Source: an uncultured virus (IMG/VR IMGVR_UViG_3300021431_000011) (lineage: Duplodnaviria; Heunggongvirae; Uroviricota; Caudoviricetes). Taken from it: DNA of 64,000 bases. Positions 27,567 to 36,545 of this stretch are shown one piece after another (the stretch's first letter is position 1; every line of letters starts with the position of its first letter). The notes under the pieces are model-generated. The model was not told the DNA's origin, made no database searches, and worked only from the letters and a program-made list of their open reading frames with translations. The translations under genes and the position numbers were made by a program. The stretch lies in the IMG/VR virus record IMGVR_UViG_3300021431_000011; one strand, written 5' to 3'.

Positions 27567-27726
27567 TATTTTAGCCGGGAGCAGCGGTGTAGCCGATGTA
27601 GGAGCTATACTCGGGAATGAGATCTGCACGAGATAGTATATGGAGTAATTAGGTGGGGACTATCTCAATTATATTTTTAAATCTTTATAGAAAGCATTCC
27701 ATAAAATGATTGGTAATGGAGTAGAC

Positions 27727-27993
27727 ATGTATGATCTTGTCGTCGACGTACACGATAAGATGGACATTCGTTTGACACCAATGCCTGAAAAAATTTGGAT
27801 AGGAGTAATCGAAAAGATGAATCCTTCTCCACCAGTTCCTAGAAAGAAAACCAAATGCTATAGCCGACGTCAAGTATATTTGTATAATGGTCAACGTGTA
27901 TTCAGTATGGTTCGAGATTACGAAAAGAACGAATTCGATTTCTATTATATTCCAGATGACGAATTGTGCTTCATAGAGAAAGTAATGCTATGA
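27727..27993 (+). CDS. Hypothetical protein
   Basis: GGAG RBS. Confidence 0.55.
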   Translation: MYDLVVDVHDKMDIRLTPMPEKIWIGVIEKMNPSPPVPRKKTKCYSRRQVYLYNGQRVFSMVRDYEKNEFDFYYIPDDELCFIEKVML

Positions 27994-28553
27994 CATTTTT
28001 ACATCAACTATTCGAATTAAGAAAGCGTGGGGCAGAACGTTGCGATTGTACTGCTCCATATGATGTTATATTTAGATTCCCGAATAGACACCCAACTGTT
28101 AACCAATTTCTAAATAGCATTATAGCTCATAAGAACGACTGGGGGAAAGTACATATTTCACCTGGTTCAGCATATACTACTGTATGGGATCTTATGGGTT
28201 ATTATGGAAAGATTGACAGTCTTGAATACCGTTGGGGTGAATGGGTCAAAAACTATGATATTTTTGTAGAGAAGTATGGTGATCGAAAGATCAAATCCGC
28301 TACAGCTGATGGCGGATGGTCATTGATGGATTACACACTTCTTTTAGAGGATGACGACATGAAGTATGAAGAATTCGGCGACATTGATATTCCAGCGGAT
28401 TTCGAATTTTCTATAAAAGACGGTCGATCATGTATCGAACGAATGCATGAAGAAAAGTTGTTAACCACGTCTGAGTATAATTCTATAATGACAATTATTG
28501 ACGGTGCAGAAGCACGAAAGTACAAATCGATAAAGGCATTAAACAATGGCTGA
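27990..28553 (+). CDS. Hypothetical protein
   Basis: ATGA coupling; DCT.PY, DWG, GGWSLMDY. Confidence 0.6.
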   Translation: MTFLHQLFELRKRGAERCDCTAPYDVIFRFPNRHPTVNQFLNSIIAHKNDWGKVHISPGSAYTTVWDLMGYYGKIDSLEYRWGEWVKNYDIFVEKYGDRKIKSATADGGWSLMDYTLLLEDDDMKYEEFGDIDIPADFEFSIKDGRSCIERMHEEKLLTTSEYNSIMTIIDGAEARKYKSIKALNNG

Positions 28554-28836
28554 CAACGAACTTACTTTTAATTTTTTAAAAGGCCCGTTTCCTGAAAAGA
28601 TAGTTTTACAAAGACTATTTACAACTTTTGATGATCCAAAGACAGAAGAATCATATTTTAAACGAGTCTATTGCTATGCGATTATTCAAATGTACGATGA
28701 CGATAATGTTGTAGGAAGTTGTACATGTTCTAATTGCAATAACTCGTTGGGCCTTTTTGAAAAGTTTTGTCCGCATTGCGGAGCAAAAATTCAAGGAAAG
28801 AAAATTTTAGATAAGGATGGTAATGAAATTGATTGA
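28546..28836 (+). CDS. Zinc-ribbon protein
   Basis: CSNC...FCPHCGAK. Confidence 0.7.
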   Translation: MADNELTFNFLKGPFPEKIVLQRLFTTFDDPKTEESYFKRVYCYAIIQMYDDDNVVGSCTCSNCNNSLGLFEKFCPHCGAKIQGKKILDKDGNEID

Positions 28837-28924
28837 CTATTAGCATTGATATTTTCGCAAAATTTACTCTTTATTAGTTGACCGGACCAGCAATGGTCAG
28901 AAAAACTCTTGAAAGGAGATAGGA

Positions 28925-29167
28925 ATGGATACGGTCAAGAATGCACTGGGCAAGATTAAGAACTTTATATTTGGCATGAAGACTGAGCAGAAGATGAAGT
29001 TCGCAGCTTCGTTGCTTATGCTGTTCGGCAGCAGCGCATTGGCGTTGTCTGCTGCTCAGGATAGTGATGATGACATGATTGATATTTCTGATCAGGCCGA
29101 GGTACTGGATAGTTCTGAGGTTGTCGATACGATCGAGTCCGATACTATTGAGAGTGATACCGAGTAA
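28925..29167 (+). CDS. Membrane protein with acidic tail
   Basis: Promoter 28856, GAAAGGAG RBS, terminator ~29194. Confidence 0.7.
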   Translation: MDTVKNALGKIKNFIFGMKTEQKMKFAASLLMLFGSSALALSAAQDSDDDMIDISDQAEVLDSSEVVDTIESDTIESDTE

Positions 29168-29267
29168 ACTGATATTTGTTAATGTCGGTCAGAAAGTAAG
29201 GAGTCTGAATAAGGCTCCTTACTTTTTTACTTTTTATTACTATTTATATTTTTGTTAGGAGAAAACA

Positions 29268-29819
29268 TTGCCTAAGTTGTTTGTTAGTCTACCAATGAAT
29301 GGCCGAGAAATTGATGATATTCGTTCTGACATGCATGCAATCTGCCAGATTGTATCTGCAGAGATGGGCGAACAGTTCGAGCTGATAGATACCGTTTGGA
29401 CTGATGAGCCACCCATTGATATTCTGAATGATCCCGGATCTTGTGGAGCATGGTATTTAGGTAAGTCTATTAGCGCTCTCGCTGAGGCAGATCTTGCTGT
29501 ATTTGATAGCGATTGGCGTTTTGCTAGAGGATGCATCATTGAGCATATGATGTGTTCATTGTACAACATTCCGTATGTTGACATGAGTATGTCATATTCC
29601 GACGATGACGAGGACATTAACGATTATACAGTAGATCGTAATGAAGCTGCTAGAATTAATAACATTCTCAGCGAGGAGTACGAAGAAGATGCGCTCGGCT
29701 TCGAGCATGATGATATTTACGACTTAGAGGGCGAGGCTGAGGAGATTGAGGACGTCGAGGATGATGAAGACGATCCCGATGCTCTCGAGCCTGGTGAGTA
29801 TGATGCGGATACAGAATGA
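29268..29819 (+). CDS. DUF4406/nucleoside deoxyribosyltransferase-like fold with acidic tail
   Basis: KLFVSLPMNG, LGKSI..LAEAD, W..ARGC.IEH. Confidence 0.7.
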   Translation: MPKLFVSLPMNGREIDDIRSDMHAICQIVSAEMGEQFELIDTVWTDEPPIDILNDPGSCGAWYLGKSISALAEADLAVFDSDWRFARGCIIEHMMCSLYNIPYVDMSMSYSDDDEDINDYTVDRNEAARINNILSEEYEEDALGFEHDDIYDLEGEAEEIEDVEDDEDDPDALEPGEYDADTE

Positions 29820-30979
29820 TATTCGGTGAAAAAATTTTCAGGGCTTTAGGTGAGCTTCGAGCTGCCGAAGTTGATGACGATGACACTGATATTTCTCATC
29901 ACGGAATTAAAGGTCAGCAATGGGGTGTACGGAATGGCCCTCCATACCCATTGAATAGTCATCAGCGAATTTCTAAAAAGTCTTACGAAAAACTCAATGA
30001 TATTTATAAGTCGATGCCGTTATCAGATAGACGTTTAATCGATCCCGACACTAATGACGGTGACGGATATTTTTCGAGCTATCATGAATACAAAAAGCAA
30101 GTAGCCTATAATGGATTAGCTGATGATGGATTCATTATTGCTGAAAAAATTTCCAGCGAAGACAACGTCGACGGAACTCGTGGAGTTGAAATCGGAATAG
30201 GAGTCATATCTAAAGGCAAAGGAACCGGCACTCGATTAGTCGATGATATGAAAACTTGGTTTAATAATCAAGACGAGTATGATTCTATGTGGTGGCCAGT
30301 CGATAAGAATAACAAAGCCTCTATAGCACTTGCTAGAAAAGCTGGTTTTATAAAAGACCCTTATGGGAGTAATTATATTTACGGCAAAAAAGAAGCGATG
30401 AAAAAACTGGGCATACCACCCAAGAATACTGAAATGTTGCCTAATTATTCTGGGCATGCATATTTTATCTCGAGTAATGATTCATTAACCGAATTAGATC
30501 CTAGAGTACCTGATAATTTCTTTACAAGAAATGGCTATGAGGATTCTAATACTCCAAGAATTTCATTTGCCCCAAGTATTGATAAATGTTTAGCTGGACT
30601 ATCGCAAAATGTGGATGGCCAAACTTTTTCTGTATACGAGCCAAATGATATTTCGAAGCATACTGTATACAAGCCAAATACAAAAGCAGTTCCAGATTCT
30701 GGCATAACAGACGAATTGTGGATTTGCGAGAATGTTCCATTAAAGAAAAGCGGAACTATAACAGTAACCGGCAATCGAGGAGAAGCTGGTCGTATATTTT
30801 CATACGGAGATCAGCAAGCCGAGTTATTTGACGATTGGACTTATGAATCTAATCCGATAAAGCACGATGCGTCTACGTTATTCGGTGAACGAGTTACTTC
30901 TAATGATATTTATTACATGGAAATTCGAGAGAAACTTAATCCAGGTATACGTATTACTAGATATTATCCGAACAACTAA
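29816..30979 (+). CDS. HHGIKG-tag protein with GNAT domain and a possible ART-like C-terminal domain
   Basis: ISHHGIKGQQWGVRNGPPYPL; KGKGTGT..N.ASIALA.KAGF (GNAT); PRVP..PRISFAPSI..CL..VPD..T.ELW. Confidence 0.7.
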   Translation: MIFGEKIFRALGELRAAEVDDDDTDISHHGIKGQQWGVRNGPPYPLNSHQRISKKSYEKLNDIYKSMPLSDRRLIDPDTNDGDGYFSSYHEYKKQVAYNGLADDGFIIAEKISSEDNVDGTRGVEIGIGVISKGKGTGTRLVDDMKTWFNNQDEYDSMWWPVDKNNKASIALARKAGFIKDPYGSNYIYGKKEAMKKLGIPPKNTEMLPNYSGHAYFISSNDSLTELDPRVPDNFFTRNGYEDSNTPRISFAPSIDKCLAGLSQNVDGQTFSVYEPNDISKHTVYKPNTKAVPDSGITDELWICENVPLKKSGTITVTGNRGEAGRIFSYGDQQAELFDDWTYESNPIKHDASTLFGERVTSNDIYYMEIREKLNPGIRITRYYPNN

Positions 30980-31092
30980 CCTCGCAACTTTTCCAGCTCC
31001 TTAAGTGAGAGTATTAAATCTCAACAGAAAGGAATCACATGGAAAAGTAATACTTATATTTTTGTACGACAAAAATTAGGAAAGGAAACTAA

Positions 31093-31989
31093 ATGAAAGC
31101 AGGAGCTATCCTAAAGATTCAAAAGGTATTAGTAAAAAACGCACCAACAATACTGGCAGCAATGGGTGCTATTGGTACTATTGCTGCAGTGTGCATGAGT
31201 TCGGATGCCGCACTTAAAGCTAAGCAGGCTATTGAAGATGCTGAGCGAGAAGCCAAAGGCGATGACTACGAATTATATTCTGAGTGTAAGAAGCTTGCAA
31301 AGAAGGGCTATCAGGAGACGGCCATTGTTAAGAAGCTTGATATTTCAGAAGACAAGCTTGATGTAATTAAGTCGCCTCTTAGCAAGGCAGATAAGGCGTG
31401 GATCTATGCGAAGGCGTATGGTCCTACGGCTATCATGACGACTGCCAGTCTCGTGTGCATTTTCGGATCAAATCACATCAATAAGAAACGTATTGCCTCT
31501 CTTGCTGGTGCATATCTTATGAGTGAGACTGCACTGAAAGAGTATAAGGAGAAGGCTAAGGAAGTTGTTGGAGTCAAGAAAGCTCAGGAGATCTCTGATG
31601 AGATCATTCAGGACAAGGTAAACAATAATCCGCCTAATCCGGAAGCTGTGGCAAATGCTGATACGCCAGCTATGCGAAATGTCGTAGACCTAAGTCTATG
31701 GTATGATGTAGTTAGCGATAGATATTTCTACAGCAATGCCGATCAAATTCGTAGAGCAGAGCTAGAAGCTCAAAAGATGCTCAATAAGAACGGATTCGTA
31801 TCGATCAATGATATTTATGCAATACTTGGATTGCGTGATATTCCAATCGGAAACGACATTGGTTGGCAGAAAGATCGTAATAAGGATGTGGTGCTTGTGA
31901 TCGGCGGAGCACTCGATGATAATGGACAGCCTATTGGCACTATGGACATGGATGTTCATCCATCAAGTGCGTGGCTTAGTGAAGTATGA
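31093..31989 (+). CDS. DUF6353-like protein
   Basis: NAPTIL..TM, YGPT, RIASLAGAY, YD..S.RYF, S.ND.Y..LGL..G..IGW. Confidence 0.7.
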   Translation: MKAGAILKIQKVLVKNAPTILAAMGAIGTIAAVCMSSDAALKAKQAIEDAEREAKGDDYELYSECKKLAKKGYQETAIVKKLDISEDKLDVIKSPLSKADKAWIYAKAYGPTAIMTTASLVCIFGSNHINKKRIASLAGAYLMSETALKEYKEKAKEVVGVKKAQEISDEIIQDKVNNNPPNPEAVANADTPAMRNVVDLSLWYDVVSDRYFYSNADQIRRAELEAQKMLNKNGFVSINDIYAILGLRDIPIGNDIGWQKDRNKDVVLVIGGALDDNGQPIGTMDMDVHPSSAWLSEV

Positions 31990-32179
31990 AGAGGACTAAA
32001 CTACTGGAATGAATGATATTCAGATTAGAATAATTATATTCTAGTAAATAATCTTAGGATAGCATGGGTGAGTCTAGAACGGCTTACCCATGTTTTCTTT
32101 TTGACTGATATTCCCGCAAAAATTACCATCTCTATAATAGGCAGAGAGCATAAGGTTCTCTTTACGAAAGGAGATTGTA

Positions 32180-32530
32180 ATGGGACGTAAGATTATTATT
32201 GAGCAGGACGCGCCGAGTGCTTCGGATGCGGTGATCGAGGTGGTATCATCTCTGGGTGGTATTGCCTTTGCAGGCTGCACCAGCATGTATCTAGACAAGT
32301 TCCTTCCGGTTGCGGTGACTACTTTGGATAAGGTAGTTCGCTACACCACGGTAGGCCTTGGTGGACTTACAGCTGGTGTCGGTTGCGCGAAGGCGATCGA
32401 GACAGAAATGGTAGATGCCCGTGAGGTTGCCATTATGGCGAAGCTGCAGGCTAGCGGCTTGCTCACGAAAGAGGATGTCAAGACGATCGAGGACGAGAAG
32501 GAGGCCAACAAGGCCCCTGCCAAGAAGTAA
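32180..32530 (+). CDS. Membrane protein
   Basis: Promoter 32115, AAAGGAG RBS, terminator ~32539. Confidence 0.7.
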   Translation: MGRKIIIEQDAPSASDAVIEVVSSLGGIAFAGCTSMYLDKFLPVAVTTLDKVVRYTTVGLGGLTAGVGCAKAIETEMVDAREVAIMAKLQASGLLTKEDVKTIEDEKEANKAPAKK

Positions 32531-32614
32531 AAAGAATTGGAGCTGTTGAAAAACGGCTCCTTTCTTTTTGCTACTATTTATATTTTTCCCATAGAATGGA
32601 GAAAGGAAAAGAAG

Positions 32615-32887
32615 TTGGGAAATCGAGCAGTAGTTAAGCGGCATTTAGATCCTGATATTTTCAAAGCATTTATCAAAAGTAAGGGATTGTCGATACGTCA
32701 ACTTGGAGATCTTTGCTCTACGACGGAGCGTACAATTCGTAGGTGCATTAAAGATCAAGAAGTAACTCTCACTATCGCGCTCGATCTATGCGCATATTTT
32801 CAGTGTAACTTCAATCAGCTCTTTGGACCTGATGACTCTCCTGAATGGCGAAAGAATTTAGTTGATATTTTAAAGCGGGTGCGATAA
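32615..32887 (+). CDS. Cro/CI-type HTH protein
   Basis: GLSIRQLG..C.TTERTIRR. Confidence 0.7.
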   Translation: MGNRAVVKRHLDPDIFKAFIKSKGLSIRQLGDLCSTTERTIRRCIKDQEVTLTIALDLCAYFQCNFNQLFGPDDSPEWRKNLVDILKRVR

Positions 32888-32900
32888 GAGAGGAGATTTT

Positions 32901-33581
32901 ATGGCAACTCGTAGTGTTCCGTCGGGTGACGAAATGCGAAAACAGTATCAAGGAAACTCTTTTAAGCAACGAGATGAGGTAGAAGAAGCTCTTACTAAAG
33001 CAGTATCTGAGGCAAAGCCGAAGGTTAAGCAAGTTGCTAAAGGCAAAGTTCGAAAGCAGTCGATGCTTAAGAAATTTACGCGTTATATTATCGAAGACAG
33101 TGTTGAGACTGCCAGAGAGAAGACGCTTGGTGAAATCATTATTCCTGGCGTAAAGACATTGATATTTGATACGCTTACCGACATGCTCGACATCATGTTG
33201 TTCGGAGGTAATGGCGCACCTATGGGAAGGTATGCGGCATCTCCTCGAGCACGTAAAGGCCAGACAAGTTACGATAAGTACTACAATAATAAAACAACTG
33301 GCAATGGTAGTCGAAATGGGTCATATCGTGATGTGCCCTATGATCCAGACGATATTATTCTAGATACTCGAGCACAGGCGAATAATGCGTTAAACGAGCT
33401 TAACAGCATTATCATGAAGTACGGTCAGGCATCTGTGGCCAATTTCTATGATATTGTTGGAGTAACTGGAGAGTGGACGGATAATCGATACGGTTGGACG
33501 TCGCTTCGCGGTGCGGGCATTAAGCCTGTTCGAGATGGGTTCATGATAATTCTTCCGCCAACAGTTGTTCTCGATGACTAA
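32901..33581 (+). CDS. Conserved-type phage hypothetical protein
   Basis: YG.ASVA.FYD.VG...TD..YGW..L motif. Confidence 0.75.
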   Translation: MATRSVPSGDEMRKQYQGNSFKQRDEVEEALTKAVSEAKPKVKQVAKGKVRKQSMLKKFTRYIIEDSVETAREKTLGEIIIPGVKTLIFDTLTDMLDIMLFGGNGAPMGRYAASPRARKGQTSYDKYYNNKTTGNGSRNGSYRDVPYDPDDIILDTRAQANNALNELNSIIMKYGQASVANFYDIVGVTGEWTDNRYGWTSLRGAGIKPVRDGFMIILPPTVVLDD

Positions 33582-33622
33582 CTATAAAACTTACAATTAT
33601 ATTTTTCGAAAAGGAGATAATA

Positions 33623-34564
33623 ATGGGTATGGCATCTATCATTAAGCATGTAAAGGTTCCATCAAGCATGGCAAAGATTGCACTTAAAGCTAAGAAGCAT
33701 GCTCCCGAGATTATGATTGTGACCGGAACAGTTCTTGTGGTTGGCAGTGCTGTGATGGCATGCAAGCAGACTCTCAAGGCTCATGAGGTTCTTGAGAAGG
33801 CTAATGCGGATCTTGATGAGGTTAGTAAGGCGCTTGAGACTTGTGACGAGGCGTCATATTCTCCTGAGGACGCTAAGAAGGATCGCCGCAACGTTTATAT
33901 TAAGACGGGCTGGGAGCTTACTAAGACGTATGGTCCGTCAATCATCGGTGGTATTGTCGGTTTCAGCCTGATATTTGGAGCACACAAGATTCTTCGCGGT
34001 CGTAATGCAGCTCTTACTCTTGCATACACGAATCTTCTCAGCTCCTATAATAGGTATCGTAAGCATATTGCTGACGAGTTTGGCGAGGAGAAGGAGAAGC
34101 TTCTTGCAGCAGGTGCCGAGACGACTGATATTTCTGTCGTGAATGAGGATGGCACTGTCGAGGAGGTTAAGAACGCTTCTGTAATTCATGATACCAGTAA
34201 GAACCATTCGCCGTATGCTCGGATATATGAGGCAACCAATAACAATTGGTCTCCTAACCCGGCAACGAATCTTTACTGGCTTCGCTCTCAGGAGAATTAC
34301 GCGAATGAGAAGCTTCAGGCAGATGGATATTTGTTCCTGAATGACGTCTATCAGATGCTGGGATTTCCTCGCACGTCCGAGGGTCAGATTGTCGGTTGGG
34401 TTTATGATCCCAATAATCCAGAGCATAATGGCGATAATCATGTCGATTTTGGAATCTATGATCTTCTTTACAAGGGCAAGGAGAAGGCGGATTTCATCAA
34501 CGGTTATAATCCCTGCATCTGGCTTGATTTCAATGTTGATGGCGTAATTTACGACCTTATTTGA
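33623..34564 (+). CDS. DUF6353-like protein (second paralog)
   Basis: KHAPEI, SPYAR, GYLFLNDVY..LG, GQIVGW, LDFNVDG.I. Confidence 0.75.
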   Translation: MGMASIIKHVKVPSSMAKIALKAKKHAPEIMIVTGTVLVVGSAVMACKQTLKAHEVLEKANADLDEVSKALETCDEASYSPEDAKKDRRNVYIKTGWELTKTYGPSIIGGIVGFSLIFGAHKILRGRNAALTLAYTNLLSSYNRYRKHIADEFGEEKEKLLAAGAETTDISVVNEDGTVEEVKNASVIHDTSKNHSPYARIYEATNNNWSPNPATNLYWLRSQENYANEKLQADGYLFLNDVYQMLGFPRTSEGQIVGWVYDPNNPEHNGDNHVDFGIYDLLYKGKEKADFINGYNPCIWLDFNVDGVIYDLI

Positions 34565-34658
34565 GATCGAGATGGTTTAAAAGCTGTGGGTAGTGGTATA
34601 TTTGAACAAGATGTACTAGACTACCCATGGCTTTACACCTTTGAAGGAGGTGGTTACT

Positions 34659-35675
34659 GTGATTAATGGTCTTGCGAAAGCTGGATATTTGTTAATCGGC
34701 GCCGGAATTGGGGTGTTTGCATCGTCATTTGTGCTATCATATGAATTTGATAGAGCAGTTGGAGAAATCGAAGAATTTATTCCAGAGGGAGATAATGATA
34801 TTTCAGATGGTCAAGAAGATGGCTCAGAAACTAGTGGACTTCATTCACAGGATGACTCGAAAAATTCGAATGATATTCGGAATGGTCGAGACACCGGAGG
34901 ACGATGTGGAGCAGGACTCGTCGGAGCAAGTGACGGTGACGGTGGAGAAGAAGATCACAAAGAATTCCAATCCAATCAAGCTCAGATTCTCGACTACTAC
35001 AAAAGCTCTGAAGGACATATTCAGGACAAAGAGAGACGAAACAAGTCGTCCAACTCTTCGAAGCGCTCTAAGCGCCGTCAAGAATTTGATAAGATGCGGG
35101 AAGAAGGCTACGCGAACCTAGGTACAAGATATTCTAAGATGTTCGGATCTGATAGTATGGAGAATGAGCAAAACATGACTGATATTCTCCATGCAGTTAG
35201 TTCAAAGACAGATACCAAGGATAGCTATAGCCAATATGAAAGAAAGGCTCGCCAAATGGACGAGTGGGATGATGGGCCATCTGATGATTCGGTAGATGAG
35301 TATCCACCAGGAGAAATTGATATTCATGACGAATACACACTAGAGCGAGTCGAAGATCATATTGAGATATATCTTGACGATAACCCAAATGATTTCACAA
35401 CGCTTGTGTGGTATCAGGGTGATGAAACCTTATGCGATGATGGCGAGCAGATCATTCCTAATCCGGAAGATGTTGTCGGCGAGGTTGCTATCGAGAGATT
35501 AGTGGAAGGCGGACCAGGAGCAGATGATGGAGTTATATTTGTGCACAACTTAAAGACTTGCATTGATTATGAGCTAGTTCTTGATATGGGTTGTTATTCC
35601 GAGACTGTTCTTGGCATGTTTGATGAACGTCAAAGCCGCCGAAATAATGGTGGTGGTAGGGATGGCAGTTCTTGA
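34659..35675 (+). CDS. Membrane-anchored acidic protein
   Basis: N-terminal TM; C-terminal Y..D.TL.D...VHN...DYE domain. Confidence 0.65.
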   Translation: MINGLAKAGYLLIGAGIGVFASSFVLSYEFDRAVGEIEEFIPEGDNDISDGQEDGSETSGLHSQDDSKNSNDIRNGRDTGGRCGAGLVGASDGDGGEEDHKEFQSNQAQILDYYKSSEGHIQDKERRNKSSNSSKRSKRRQEFDKMREEGYANLGTRYSKMFGSDSMENEQNMTDILHAVSSKTDTKDSYSQYERKARQMDEWDDGPSDDSVDEYPPGEIDIHDEYTLERVEDHIEIYLDDNPNDFTTLVWYQGDETLCDDGEQIIPNPEDVVGEVAIERLVEGGPGADDGVIFVHNLKTCIDYELVLDMGCYSETVLGMFDERQSRRNNGGGRDGSS

Positions 35676-36270
35676 TGAAAGTTACAAAGTTAATGTGCCA
35701 TATTTCGATAATAACTCTTATGTCGAATGGTTAGAGTCGTTTACTATTGATGAAACTATTGATGATGAACGACGTCCTTCTTATAAAAAGTTGATAAGAA
35801 AATTGTGGGATATTCCGTTTAGGCCATTACTCGGCAACGATGATGACCGAGCGGCTGAGGGACTTGAATTAAGGACTCGGTATAATTCAATTTTAGCGAA
35901 AAAGGCTGGAGAAGGAGAGTTTTATACTCCGAATGTTGATGCTATATTTGGAGAATGCCGAGTCCTTGAAATGCTGGTTGCTTTGTCAATGCGCATGTAT
36001 GATTTGATGCAGGACATGGGTTTATACAATAGTGTTAGCCGATGGTTCTGGGAGATCATGGCCAATGTGTCCTTTGATATTTTAGATGATGAAACGTGGT
36101 CGAGACGAATTCGATGCGATGAATTTGTCGAGAGAATTGTTTGCGGAATCATGGATGGACATGGTCATAGGGGTCGTCCTGGTGGTTGGTTTTATGTAAA
36201 TGGTTGGCAACATATGGAGATTTGGTATCAAATGCATGCGTATTTGAGTAGATATTTTCAGATTGATTGA
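35662..36270 (+). CDS. Conserved-type phage hypothetical protein
   Basis: D.DRA.EG.ELR, VLEMLVAL, WFWE, EIWYQM..YL. Confidence 0.7.
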   Translation: MAVLDESYKVNVPYFDNNSYVEWLESFTIDETIDDERRPSYKKLIRKLWDIPFRPLLGNDDDRAAEGLELRTRYNSILAKKAGEGEFYTPNVDAIFGECRVLEMLVALSMRMYDLMQDMGLYNSVSRWFWEIMANVSFDILDDETWSRRIRCDEFVERIVCGIMDGHGHRGRPGGWFYVNGWQHMEIWYQMHAYLSRYFQID

Positions 36271-36297
36271 TGGAAAAGTATGCTTCAAAAGACCTTG

Positions 36298-36502
36298 TCC
36301 CCCAAAAAATTCCCCTTTTTCCCATTTTTTTTATGTTTTCAACTTTTTTTATATTGTGTTTCAAATGTAATAATAACTTTTAATAAATTAAGAAAAAAAA
36401 GGGATTTTGGGGGATTTAGGAAAAAAATAGCCATCTACCTGCGGTTTTTCATCCCCCAAATTGTCCCCCAAAAATTTTTTATCCCCCAAAAAAATTGGGG
36501 GA
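36298..36502. repeat. Putative replication origin: TCCCCCAAA iterons around an AT-rich core
   Basis: Direct copies at 36298, 36452, 36464, 36482; inverted copies at 36406, 36495; immediately upstream of the replicase. Confidence 0.6.
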
Positions 36503-36545
36503 TTTTTTCAAGAAAGCTTTAAAACTATCGAAAGGAGGTGAGTAT

